DNA of 64,000 nt from Candidatus Sumerlaeaceae bacterium (GTDB lineage Bacteria > Sumerlaeota > Sumerlaeia > Sumerlaeales > Sumerlaeaceae): positions 103,800 through 167,799 of the forward strand of contig JBMFRB010000006.1 in NCBI GenBank assembly GCA_049968255.1, given 5' to 3'. The stretch's first letter is position 1; each line of letters opens with the position of its first letter. Of the stretch, positions 48,440 through 57,770 are shown piece by piece. The notes under the pieces are model-generated. The model was not told where the DNA came from. It searched no databases and saw only the letters and a list, made by a program, of their open reading frames with translations. A program made the position numbers and the translations under genes.

Positions 48440-48706
48440 ATGTTGCGCGTTGAGAAACTTCTTGTGGTGGCGATTGTCGTAGCGTTAGCGGATTTTGCGG
48501 TTCGGATCGCGGGCATCGGCGCCATGCGGCATTTCCCTCAAGATCTGGAAATTGTTTCCCATGCACAAGCGCAGGCGCCGATTATTGGGGTTTCGCTTCT
48601 GCCGCGGTATGTGATCACCACGAACCAGAATGGCAATCTGATCTACGTTTGGGAGGATCAGGGCAAGGGCTACGAAGCCAAGACTTATTATGCCTCGCCA
48701 CGTTGA
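48440..48706 (+). CDS. Small exported or membrane-anchored hypothetical protein
   Basis: AAGGAGG RBS before ATG 48440, N-terminal hydrophobic helix, C-terminal beta-rich YVITTNQNGNLIYVW. Confidence 0.7.
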   Translation: MLRVEKLLVVAIVVALADFAVRIAGIGAMRHFPQDLEIVSHAQAQAPIIGVSLLPRYVITTNQNGNLIYVWEDQGKGYEAKTYYASPR

Positions 48707-48732
48707 GGGCCGAAAATGGGGCAAGGCCCACG

Positions 48733-49524
48733 TCACTGAAAGGAAAGGCGCTGGACGGCGGTGCGGGCAACACGCCAGAGGAAGATGACGTTGCCAAAGA
48801 GGTAGCGGCGCCAGAGGCGGCGTGGCTCGAGCAGGAGTCGGAAAAACCATTCGAGTCCTGCTTTGCGCATCCACAGCGGTGCACGCCAGCGATAGCCGGA
48901 ATAGTACTCGAAAAGGGCGCCGACGCACCAGATTGTTCGCGCCCCCAATTGGTGGCGGTGTTGCCATGCCCAACGTTCTTGGCGAGGCACCCCCATTCCT
49001 ACGATGAGGATATCGGGTGCGGCATTGCGTACATCGGCAATCACTTGCGCGTCTTCGGCGTCAGAGAAAAAGCCATGGTGGGTCCCGCAGATGTCGAGCT
49101 CGGGCACTTGCGTCTTTAATCGGCCTGCGGCGCCCGCTGCCACACCGGGCGCCGAACCGAGCAGAAACACACGCAATCCATGTCGGGCAGCGCGCTGGCA
49201 AAACTGGATGAAGAAGTCCCCGGCATTCACACGTTCAGGGACAGGGTCGCCGATCCAACGCGATGCCCAGACCAGAGCCTGGCCGTCGGCGTAAACGAGA
49301 TCGGCGTCGCAAAGAATTTGCCGATAGTCGGCCCATTGCTGCGACAAGTTTGAGCAGTAGGCATTAAGATACGTCACAAAAAAGGGGGGAAGGGTGGGGT
49401 GCTGGCGTCGTTTAGAGGTCTCGGAGACTACAAGCTCGACGAACTCTTCCGTGGTGATGGCGCAGAGGGGGACGCCAAGAAAATTGGCCCGACGGAACGT
49501 TTTGTGGTTAGCGATTTTCTGCAT
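48733..49524 (-). CDS. WecG/TagA/CpsF family glycosyltransferase
   Basis: YADGQALVWA, ERVNAGD, VFLLG, HHGFF, VGMGVPRQE, GLEWFFRL..EPRRLWRRY. Start overlaps the lptB end. Confidence 0.92.
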   Translation of the reverse strand: MQKIANHKTFRRANFLGVPLCAITTEEFVELVVSETSKRRQHPTLPPFFVTYLNAYCSNLSQQWADYRQILCDADLVYADGQALVWASRWIGDPVPERVNAGDFFIQFCQRAARHGLRVFLLGSAPGVAAGAAGRLKTQVPELDICGTHHGFFSDAEDAQVIADVRNAAPDILIVGMGVPRQERWAWQHRHQLGARTIWCVGALFEYYSGYRWRAPLWMRKAGLEWFFRLLLEPRRLWRRYLFGNVIFLWRVARTAVQRLSFQ

Positions 49525-50362
49525 GGGAAGCTGGCTCGCGTGGCGATTCACCTTCCAGTGGCGAAAGTTGGGCTTTCTTTGTGAGCTCGCGTTTGCGTGC
49601 TTCAACGTGTGATGTGTCTATGTAGAATCGCTCGCCCAAATAGTATTTTCGTGCTTCGGGGCTGTTGACAAGCTCTTCGGCATTTCCGGAGAGCATGACG
49701 CGACCTTCGAAGATGATGTAGGAGCGATCTGTCACGCTCAGAGTTTCACGCACATTGTGATCGGTGATGAGGATCCCGAGGCCGCGCGCCTGCATGTGGA
49801 AAATGATGTCCTGCAATTCCTCCACAGCTTTGGGATCGACGCCGGAAAAGGGTTCATCGAGAAGGATGAAGTCGGGTTCGTGCACGAGAGCGCGGGCAAT
49901 TTCCACGCGACGACGCTCGCCACCTGAGAGTGTGTAGGCACGACTCTTTGCTAGGTGAGCAATGCCTAGCTCTTCAAGGAGCAGTTGCAGGCGCTCGCGC
50001 TGCTGGGCACGACTGAGGGTAGTGGTTTCGAGAATTGCAGCGATGTTTTCTTCAACAGTGAGCTTGCGGAAAATGGACATGTCCTGGGCCAGGTAGCCAA
50101 TGCCAAGGCGCGCCCGCCGATGCATAGGTAGTTCTGTGATATCTAGATCCCCGAGGTAGATGCGGCCTGAAGTGGGACGGAGAAAGCCCACAATCATGTT
50201 GAACGTTGTGGATTTGCCTGCACCGTTGGCGCCAAGCAGCCCCACGATTTCACCTTTGCGCAGTTCGATGGAAACGCCATCAACAACGCGGCGTCCACTG
50301 AATTCCTTCACAAGTTCTTTCGTCCGAAGATGAGGCAATTCTGGCCTTCCTTCCTCAGCCAA
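49508..50362 (-). CDS. lptB: LPS export ABC ATPase LptB
   Basis: GANGAGKST, LPMHRRARLGIGYL.Q, LSGGERRRVEIARAL, LDEPFSGVDP, ITDHNVRETL, YLGE.F. Confidence 0.95.
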   Translation of the reverse strand: MAEEGRPELPHLRTKELVKEFSGRRVVDGVSIELRKGEIVGLLGANGAGKSTTFNMIVGFLRPTSGRIYLGDLDITELPMHRRARLGIGYLAQDMSIFRKLTVEENIAAILETTTLSRAQQRERLQLLLEELGIAHLAKSRAYTLSGGERRRVEIARALVHEPDFILLDEPFSGVDPKAVEELQDIIFHMQARGLGILITDHNVRETLSVTDRSYIIFEGRVMLSGNAEELVNSPEARKYYLGERFYIDTSHVEARKRELTKKAQLSPLEGESPREPASHAENR

Positions 50363-50451
50363 GCTTCAGCCACTTTAAGTGGGCACACACTGACCAACTC
50401 GAATTCCATTGTTGATTCAGACCTTCTGTCCATGGAAAACGAACGCACTCG

Positions 50452-50985
50452 ATGGGCAGCATATTCACACCATACCGTAAACGCATCTCCGCGATCCGCT
50501 GGGTGGTGTCCACTGTTGTCGTGTTTGCGCTGGTGTGGATTTGGGCACTTTTCCTGCGCGGCGATTTGAGAAGTTTCAAGTTAATCTCGGCGAGCATGGA
50601 GCCAACACTGTGGGTAGGCGACTACGTGCTGACGCGGCCAGCAGAATCTGTCGACAAGCTGCGGGGAAGTGTCATTGCGTTCGAAGACCCGACTCAGCGC
50701 GGAGAAATCGTGACGAAGCGAGTCGTGGGGTTACCAGGCGATCGGGTCACTGTGGTTGGCCCGAGCGTGATTGTGAATCACTCAGTTATCCCCATGCCAT
50801 GGAAGCGCGTACGCGCAGCAGGGATCACGAGCTTGGTGGTTCCGCGGGACCACGTGTTCGTTCTAGGTGACAACCGTGCGAACAGTGTGGACAGCCTCGA
50901 CTATGGACCGGTGCCGGCCGATCGCATCGTCGGAGTCGTTTTCTTCCGCTATTGGCCCTGGACCAGAATTGGCCGCGTCAAATGA
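50452..50985 (+). CDS. lepB: Signal peptidase I
   Basis: One TM, SASMEPTL (catalytic Ser), TKRVVGLPGD (catalytic Lys), GDNRANSVDS. Confidence 0.92.
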   Translation: MGSIFTPYRKRISAIRWVVSTVVVFALVWIWALFLRGDLRSFKLISASMEPTLWVGDYVLTRPAESVDKLRGSVIAFEDPTQRGEIVTKRVVGLPGDRVTVVGPSVIVNHSVIPMPWKRVRAAGITSLVVPRDHVFVLGDNRANSVDSLDYGPVPADRIVGVVFFRYWPWTRIGRVK

Positions 50986-51221
50986 CGTTCCTCTGGTCGT
51001 GAGGTGCGCACGGGTCTCCGTCCTATCAGTCCCAAACGCGACGCCATGAGCTGCCCGTACAAATGAGGCGCTGCCAGGTTGATATGCTCATCGAGCGAAG
51101 CCCTCGAGGGGCGGCGCAAAGTCTGAAGCTCGGCCCCGCAACGCGTAGCGAGGTGTTTTTTCGCTGTGGGTCAAACGATCCGATCTCACGCCATAGGCAT
51201 AATCGCATGAAAAGGAGGCCA

Positions 51222-52229
51222 TTAGAGACCGGCACTGACAAGATCGTGGAGGTGGATCATGCCGATAGGGCGATAGTCGCTGTCGAGTACAGGGAGGACG
51301 AAGATCTTTCGTGGGCCGTCTTCCATCATGTTGAGTGCCTGAGCAGCCAGTGTGTCCGCAAAAACGTACATTGGGCTGCGAGTCATGAGCGATTCAACCC
51401 TGCGGTCGAGCACCTCGGCCACGGTGGGGGTGCCCTGTTGGGCCTCGCGTTGGAAAATACGGCGGAGATCGCCGTCGGTGATGATGCCGACAAGTCGGCC
51501 GTCGTCGTCCACGACACTGACGGCGCCACACTGTTTTGACGTGATTTCGGCCATAGCCTGTTCAAAGCGCGCGCGATAATGGATGACGGGGTTGCGGTCG
51601 GGTTTCATCACATCGGTCACTTTGAGCAGGAGGCGCTTGCCGAGGGTGCCGCTGGGATGACGCAGGGCAAAGTCCTCGGCATGGAAACCGCGCCGTTCGA
51701 GGAGGACGACCGCAAGAGCATCGCCCATGGCCATGGCAACGGTCGTGCTTGTCGTGGGTGCGAGATTGAGGGGGCAGACCTCGCGTTCGACCCCGATATC
51801 GAGGACCAGATCTGCGTGGCGCGCAAGCTCGCTTTGAAGGTTGCCCGTCATCGCAATAAGGAAATTGTGGTTGCGCTTAAAGTAGGGAAGACAGCCGAGA
51901 ATTTCTTCCGTATTGCCGCTGTTACTCACGGCGATGACAAGGTCATCAGGACTAATCATGCCGAGATCGCCATGGCGGCCTTCCGCAGGATGCATGAAGA
52001 AGGCCGGTGTGCCAGTACTGGCAAGCGTGGCTGCAATTTTCCGGGCAACGATGCCGTGCTTGCCCATGCCAGTGAGCACAACTCGGCCACTGCAGGCCAG
52101 AATTTGCTCGACCGCTCTATCGAAACGGTCGTCAAGGCGATCGGCCACTACGTGTAAAGCTCGCGCTTCCTCGCACAGGACTGCTTTAGCGCGCAGGTGC
52201 GGCTTCATCAGATCTTTCTCGTGATTCAT
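51222..52229 (-). CDS. kdsD: Arabinose-5-phosphate isomerase KdsD/KpsF (SIS + two CBS domains)
   Basis: TGMGK.G..ARKIAATLASTGTP, HPAE..HGDLG, CPLNLAPTTST, HPSGTLG, ITDGDLRR. Confidence 0.93.
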   Translation of the reverse strand: MNHEKDLMKPHLRAKAVLCEEARALHVVADRLDDRFDRAVEQILACSGRVVLTGMGKHGIVARKIAATLASTGTPAFFMHPAEGRHGDLGMISPDDLVIAVSNSGNTEEILGCLPYFKRNHNFLIAMTGNLQSELARHADLVLDIGVEREVCPLNLAPTTSTTVAMAMGDALAVVLLERRGFHAEDFALRHPSGTLGKRLLLKVTDVMKPDRNPVIHYRARFEQAMAEITSKQCGAVSVVDDDGRLVGIITDGDLRRIFQREAQQGTPTVAEVLDRRVESLMTRSPMYVFADTLAAQALNMMEDGPRKIFVLPVLDSDYRPIGMIHLHDLVSAGL

Positions 52230-52479
52230 AGCTCCTCAGCTCGTTCGCAAAAGACTGGGTCGTCAAGTGCAAGTGATGATCGGAGAAATCGGTCCACGTC
52301 GAGAACATCTTTGTTTCGGCCGAACCTTGATGTGTAATTCAGTTCACTTCAAATGTGTAAGCGCTTACCCATTGCACAGGATTGGCAACCGCGAGCAAGG
52401 TTGGCACTTCCCTCGTGGAGTGCAGCTCAACCTATGAAATTATAGAACTTACTTCTTCCATTGCGACACGTGATTGCCT

Positions 52480-52495
52480 TGGCATGCAGTTCGCT
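52480..52495 (+). promoter_or_regulatory. Sigma-54 (-24/-12) promoter candidate for the pilin genes
   Basis: TGGCAT-GCAGT-TCGCT with GG (52481-2) and GC (52493-4) exactly 10 nt apart, about 50 nt before the pilin ATG. Consensus is TGGCAC-N5-TTGCW. Confidence 0.65.
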
Positions 52496-52542
52496 TCACC
52501 AGTGGCGAGTAGCTTGAAATCAAATTGAAAGGAGTCAGAACA

Positions 52543-52929
52543 ATGAAGTACTCAGCCCGCAAGGGTTTCACCCTCGTGGAAATCATGATCGTTGTCGCCA
52601 TTATCGGGATCATCATTGCAATCGCGGTCCCTGCGTTCCTGCGCGCTCGTGAGAATTCGCGCGGTCAAGCCTGCCAGGAAAACCTGTCGAAGATTGACGG
52701 CGCAAAAGAGCAGTATGCTCTGGAGTTCCGTCTGTCCAACGGCGGGACGGTCACAATGGCGGAATTGATTGATCCGCCTGGAGCGACGGCTGGAAATAAA
52801 GAAGGATATTTGAAGGCAGAGCCCAAGTGCCCCTCTGGCGGTACCTATACGGTAAACCCGATTGGGACGAACCCGACGTGCTCCATCGGCTCGAGCAACG
52901 CGCCGTTCACTCCGCACGTTCTGCCGTAA
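52543..52929 (+). CDS. Type IV pilin, probable major pilin
   Basis: RKG|FTLVEIMIVVAIIGIIIAIAVP, C-terminal CPSGGTY...PTCS; AAGGAG RBS. Confidence 0.92.
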   Translation: MKYSARKGFTLVEIMIVVAIIGIIIAIAVPAFLRARENSRGQACQENLSKIDGAKEQYALEFRLSNGGTVTMAELIDPPGATAGNKEGYLKAEPKCPSGGTYTVNPIGTNPTCSIGSSNAPFTPHVLP

Positions 52930-52988
52930 GGTGAGAGGAAGGCTAGCACAAAAAGGCACTTAGAGTTCACCGAGGGGGTGGATCTTTG

Positions 52989-53029
52989 TGGCGGTAGAGG
53001 GGCGGATGTTCCTCTACCGCCAGTGTTTT
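52989..53029 (+). terminator. Hairpin / terminator between the tandem pilin genes
   Basis: Perfect 12-bp stem TGGCGGTAGAGG (52989-53000) / CCTCTACCGCCA (53011-53022) followed by GTGTTTT. Confidence 0.75.
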
Positions 53030-53051
53030 ACTAGCGAAGGGTCGGAACGCC

Positions 53052-53450
53052 ATGCTCTTAGGGACAAAACAATGGTCACGCGGCTTGACCCTCATCGAGG
53101 TTGTGATTGTGCTGGCGATTATTGCCATTATTGTTGCGATTGCGGCGCCTACGTGGCTTCGCCAGCGCGAAAATGCCCGTGGGATTGCCTGTCAGGAGAA
53201 TCTGGTAAAGATCTCCCAAGCCAAAGAGCAATATGCTATGGAGTTTCGGCTTTCAAACGGAGGTACGCTCGTGTATCCAGACGACCTCGTTTCGCCACCT
53301 GGAACAACCGGTTCTAACCAAGGTTTTCTCAAAGTAGTTCCGCGCTGCCCAGCCGACGGTATCTACGCGGCTAATCCTATTGGGGTGGACCCCACCTGCT
53401 CGATTGGCAGCTCCGTCGCTCCCTATGTGCCCCATATCATTCCCCACTAA
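53052..53450 (+). CDS. Type IV pilin, paralog of the upstream pilin
   Basis: RG|LTLIEVVIVLAIIAII; shares ACQENL, AKEQYA.EFRLSNGG and NPIG..PTCSIGSS with 52543-52929. Confidence 0.9.
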   Translation: MLLGTKQWSRGLTLIEVVIVLAIIAIIVAIAAPTWLRQRENARGIACQENLVKISQAKEQYAMEFRLSNGGTLVYPDDLVSPPGTTGSNQGFLKVVPRCPADGIYAANPIGVDPTCSIGSSVAPYVPHIIPH

Positions 53451-54540
53451 GAGGCCTGAAAAATCCGAGCTCTCCTGGAAAAGAGCTTTTCTGCTCTCAA
53501 CCATAATGCTCCTCGTATCATAATCCGGCAAAGTGCATACTCTGTGAGTGGAGAAGCACATGAGCCTCTTGTTCTCCAAGCCGGTTTCAACGCGCCCTCG
53601 CATGCTCTCGCATTTTCGACGGAAACCGCAAGCTGAGCCGACCAGTCGAGATGCCCGGCGGCCAACAGGTTCGGAATGAAAGCGCCCGACAAATTTAAGA
53701 GCTGAAATCATTTTTCGTCTGGCCGATGGCCATGAGACGTATCGAGTGCTAGCGTAAGATTTTGCGCAGGCCGGGAATCGCTGTTGCTAAACGAAGACAT
53801 GTTCTGAAACAAATCAGACTCAAGGTTCGACGAAGATTGCGATGGACCAACGCAAGGAAGTTTTGACCCTAGGCGCCGAAGCGGGATTCCTTTCCGCGCT
53901 AGCTTCCACTCCCCTAGCCTGGGCTTCTGCAGGATTAACATCCGCGGAGAAACCTGTTGTCAGCTGCATCAAGGCGAAAGACCGAAATGCACAAACTTCC
54001 CCAAAGAAGTTTGAGAAGCTCGCGGCGACGAAAAAGCAGCAAGCGCAAAGTCCAAGTTCGCCAAAGGCACGACGGCGGCAATGAAGTTTCTACTCGTCCC
54101 GCTGAGAGTCCCTTGAAGGTCGGCGAGGGCTTCCTGATTTAGCCCCCAAATGTCCGTGTGACAGACATCTATTATCAATGTAGTTATGGAGAGACAACCT
54201 TGCTGTAAAGAAGCGAATAGCCGTGCCCGCCCCCTGAGCCGCTGAAGCAAAAGTGGAGTTTGCCAAAGCGTAACCAGCGATCCATAGGCCCCTTTGACCG
54301 ATGAGCTTATTCTTAACTGGCGGGATTGCGCTGAAGTCCAGAGCGCGTCGCAAAAGAGCTTGCGCAATTTGAATGAGTAGAGGCAGGGACCCAGCGAGGC
54401 TTGACACGCTAGGCGCATCGCCACGATAAATTGCGACGGTGCCGGACACGAAGGCTGACATTGGGGTTATGGGCGCATCGGGGCCGAAGACTGCCGCCCA
54501 CCTCTCTACGTTTCCAGAGGCAACTACAGTCAGTAGGGGT

Positions 54541-56124
54541 ATGCGCACCTCTTTGGCGCATGCAACGCTTTGGCTGGCTGTCCTGGTGGCTTATGCTCCA
54601 GTTCTAACCGGGGCTCAACACATCTGGGACGATGAAGCGTTTCTGGGAAATCCATTGTTGCTGAGCCTGAGCGGACTTTTTCGCGTGTGGTTTGACCCTC
54701 GCTCCAACACGTTAGAAGAACATTATTGGCCCGTCACATACACGGTGGCTTATCTCCTTCGCACGGTCTGGGGCTCAAGTCCTGGGGCTTTTCACATCGT
54801 GAACGTTTTGATCCACGCGGGGAACGCATCGCTGGTGTATTCGATCGGCCGGCGGGTGCTTGCTCATCACGCCTTCTGGGGCGCCCTGCTGTTTGCCCTG
54901 CATCCCCTACAGGTCGAATCTGTTGCGTGGATTGTTGAGCTCAAAAACGTTCTGTCGTTTTTCTTGGCCGCGAGTTCATTTCTTGTGTTTCTCTCGCTCG
55001 AAAAGAAACAGACGGGGAAACGGTTGGGCATGGCACTTGGGTGGTCGCTGTTTGTCGCGGCCATGCTTTCAAAAAGCGCTGTGATCACGTGGCCACTTTG
55101 TGCCGGTCTCATCTTGTGGTGTTTGCCCCCCGGCCTTACGAAAACGCGAATCCAGTTCCTGGCGGGTCTGATAGTCGCCGCACTGGCAGTGGGTGCATTT
55201 GATATGTGGTACGCTTCTGCTAGCAAAAGCGCCGTTCCGCGCTTTTCCATCGCGGAGCGTGTCGCTATCTCAGGGACTGGGCTGCTGCATTACTTGCGCA
55301 CCTGGCTGTGGCCCAGCAGCCTCTGCGCAACTTATGCGAAATGGCCCCTAACGCCGCTCGCTTTGACGGTAGCGGTTTGTGTGGGGATCGTGATGGCAGG
55401 GGCTGTCGTTGCGCTCGCACGAAGAGCGTTTCATTCACGAGCGGCGCGGATGGCTTTGGCTTGGCTGGTAGGAACGCTCGCGCTGCTGGCCCCAACGCTT
55501 GGCCTGATTCCGTTCAGCTATCAGCGGCAGTCCTTTGTAGCCGATCGCTTCGCTTATCACGCCAGCGCCATCTTTCTGCCGGGTGTGGTCGCCATCATGG
55601 CTGCTGCATGGGCACGGATGCGATTACCGGCGCGAATAGGCAAAATTGCACTCGTAGTGATCTCTTGTGCGTTGGCCATTTCAACCTTGCACCGCGCTGC
55701 TCTTTATCGAGACGTGGAGTATCTCGCGATCGACACCGCTGAAAAGAATCCTCACGCATGGACGGCTCGCTACTATTTGGGCGATGCCCTCGCACGGCGT
55801 GGTGATTTCGAGAAGGCAATGCGCGAATTTTCGAGCGTGTTCTGGGGCACGCTAGAGACTTTTGGGCGCGACGAAGAGAATCTGCTCCAGCAGCAACTTA
55901 CAAAAGCTGACGCGCAGGATCTGAGAACCCATTATAATCGGGGCCTTTTAGCCGCCCGACGCGGTCGCACCGCCGAAGCGAAAGCCTGTTTTGAGAAAGC
56001 AAGCATTTTGCCCTTGCTACGCGGCCAGGCTGTTCTGGCTATCGCAGCCATTGAACTAAAAAATGGAGAAACCACCAACGCGCTGCGGCGGATACGCGAG
56101 CTCTACGGAGGCGCAACAAGATGA
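54541..56124 (+). CDS. TMTC-like GT-C glycosyltransferase with C-terminal TPRs
   Basis: WDD, HYWPVTY, HPLQVESVAWI.E.K, SK..., ADRFAY, then TPR-like helices. Start placed at ATG 54541 (track: 54439). Confidence 0.82.
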   Translation: MRTSLAHATLWLAVLVAYAPVLTGAQHIWDDEAFLGNPLLLSLSGLFRVWFDPRSNTLEEHYWPVTYTVAYLLRTVWGSSPGAFHIVNVLIHAGNASLVYSIGRRVLAHHAFWGALLFALHPLQVESVAWIVELKNVLSFFLAASSFLVFLSLEKKQTGKRLGMALGWSLFVAAMLSKSAVITWPLCAGLILWCLPPGLTKTRIQFLAGLIVAALAVGAFDMWYASASKSAVPRFSIAERVAISGTGLLHYLRTWLWPSSLCATYAKWPLTPLALTVAVCVGIVMAGAVVALARRAFHSRAARMALAWLVGTLALLAPTLGLIPFSYQRQSFVADRFAYHASAIFLPGVVAIMAAAWARMRLPARIGKIALVVISCALAISTLHRAALYRDVEYLAIDTAEKNPHAWTARYYLGDALARRGDFEKAMREFSSVFWGTLETFGRDEENLLQQQLTKADAQDLRTHYNRGLLAARRGRTAEAKACFEKASILPLLRGQAVLAIAAIELKNGETTNALRRIRELYGGATR

Positions 56125-57770
56125 GCATGCCAAGCCCCGCGACCTCGCCCAGGCACAGTCCGCTGTTGAGCGCGTTGCTCCGGTGGGGACCACCGCTGAC
56201 CCTCGTCATTCTCGCGATAGCGGCTCACGCAGTGTCGCTGGGCGGGGGCTTTTTCTGGGATGATTACAGCTTGGCACAGGGAGACCTCCTCAATCGCCCG
56301 CTTGCAGAGTTCTGGAAATATCCGCCCACAATAGCACTTGAAGAACATTATTGGCCAGTGACTTATACAGGATTCTGGCTGCTGCATAAGCTTAGCGGCC
56401 TTGATCCGTTCACGTTTCGTTTCGCGAACATTTTACTCCATGCGGCTAATGTGCTTTTGGTGTTTCTGTTGCTGCGCCAACTGCGAATTGGCAGTGCGTG
56501 GTTGGGTGCGGCGCTTTTTGCTGTGCATCCCGTACACGTGGAGAGTGTGGCTTGGATTATCGAGCTAAAGGATGTCTTGTCTGCTTTCTGGCTACTGCTG
56601 GCAACGGTCGCATTCGTTCAACAGAACTCTTTGCAATCGCCTGCGTTGCGTGCAGTTGGCTTGATAGCGGCGGGCACCCTTTATGTGTTAGCAGTGTGGA
56701 GCAAGACGGTGGCGATTGGGTGGCCAGTTGCCATGGGAGTTCTCTTGGCTGCATACCTGCCTGACCGAATCAAAAAACATGACATTGCCTTGACGGTCTA
56801 CGTTTTCCTCGGAGCGATTCTGCTGTGGCTCGACTTGAGGGTGACCGCTCGTGTGGCTCATGCCACGATTTCACTCTCAGCAGTCGAACGCCTCGAACTG
56901 GTAGGACGGACTTTTTGGTGGTATGTGGCTAAGCTCATCTGGCCCGTTCCTCTGCTTGCCCTTTATCCGCGTTGGCAACTCGGCGGCAGTAGTTTTACGC
57001 ACTTTTGGCCGAGCGTGGCCTTGTTCGCGGCAGCAGGCGGTGCGACAATTTGCTGGTTTCGTTTGCCAAGCGCTCGCCCGCTCGTGGCATGGCTGGTATG
57101 GTTCGTCATTTTTCTTGGGCCGACATTAGGAATCATCCCCCACAGCTTCATGGTTCATTCCTTCGTTGCGGACCGTTACCTCTATCTGGCGTCCATGGCA
57201 CCGTGTGCTTTGGCGGCGATGGGATACACATATGTTTCAAAACGCTACGCTGGCCAGCGCTTACTAAGGTTGAAACTCGCTGGGTTTGCAGCAGTTGTTC
57301 TCACAATTTATTTTTCGCTTAGCATGATGCATTCGGCACTTTATGCGCAACCGACGAAACTTCTCCGACACACACTGGCGCATAATCCCAACGCCGCCAA
57401 TCTCCTGGTGATGCTGGGTGCGACGCTTGCGCAACGCGGTGAGCTAGAGGAGTCTGCCCAGTGTTTCCGTAAAGCGAAGACGTTGGCTCCCGACGAACTC
57501 GCGGCGCGAGCCAATCTTGCGGTGATAAGCTGGCAGCTGGGTGACGTAGAAACCGCGCTGGAGGAGACTTCGGCTGTTCTTGGTGTTTTGCCCCGTCACT
57601 CATTGAGCTGGTCCGTGTATGCGGCTGCTCTGGCGGCAAAAGGCAAGACCGAGGAAGCCCAACGAGCGGCACGCCGTGCCCTCGAGCTCAATCCGGAGCA
57701 ACAGTTGGCGCGCAAGGTCCTGCAAGGCGAAATCACAACTGCACCTTTGCCGAAACGGCGCAAAAACTAG
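56121..57770 (+). CDS. TMTC-like GT-C glycosyltransferase with C-terminal TPRs, second copy
   Basis: FWDD, LEEHYWPVTY, HPVHVESVAWI.ELKD, ADRYLY, TPRs; ATGA-coupled to the first copy. Confidence 0.85.
   Translation: MSMPSPATSPRHSPLLSALLRWGPPLTLVILAIAAHAVSLGGGFFWDDYSLAQGDLLNRPLAEFWKYPPTIALEEHYWPVTYTGFWLLHKLSGLDPFTFRFANILLHAANVLLVFLLLRQLRIGSAWLGAALFAVHPVHVESVAWIIELKDVLSAFWLLLATVAFVQQNSLQSPALRAVGLIAAGTLYVLAVWSKTVAIGWPVAMGVLLAAYLPDRIKKHDIALTVYVFLGAILLWLDLRVTARVAHATISLSAVERLELVGRTFWWYVAKLIWPVPLLALYPRWQLGGSSFTHFWPSVALFAAAGGATICWFRLPSARPLVAWLVWFVIFLGPTLGIIPHSFMVHSFVADRYLYLASMAPCALAAMGYTYVSKRYAGQRLLRLKLAGFAAVVLTIYFSLSMMHSALYAQPTKLLRHTLAHNPNAANLLVMLGATLAQRGELEESAQCFRKAKTLAPDELAARANLAVISWQLGDVETALEETSAVLGVLPRHSLSWSVYAAALAAKGKTEEAQRAARRALELNPEQQLARKVLQGEITTAPLPKRRKN

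Noticed and set aside
51063-51539. Plus-strand ORFs overlapping kdsD, and similar long shadow ORFs (35778-36659, 46392-47159, 59909-60727, 63239-63997)
   Set aside because: They are antisense to well-supported genes and lack recognisable motifs, as expected in GC-rich DNA.
52401-52416. Second TGGCAC element upstream of the pilins
   Set aside because: The -12 position reads GT, not GC.
53451-54540. tmRNA, RNase P, tRNA or CRISPR array in the long intergenic region
   Set aside because: No diagnostic terminal motifs, cloverleaf or regularly spaced repeats were seen.
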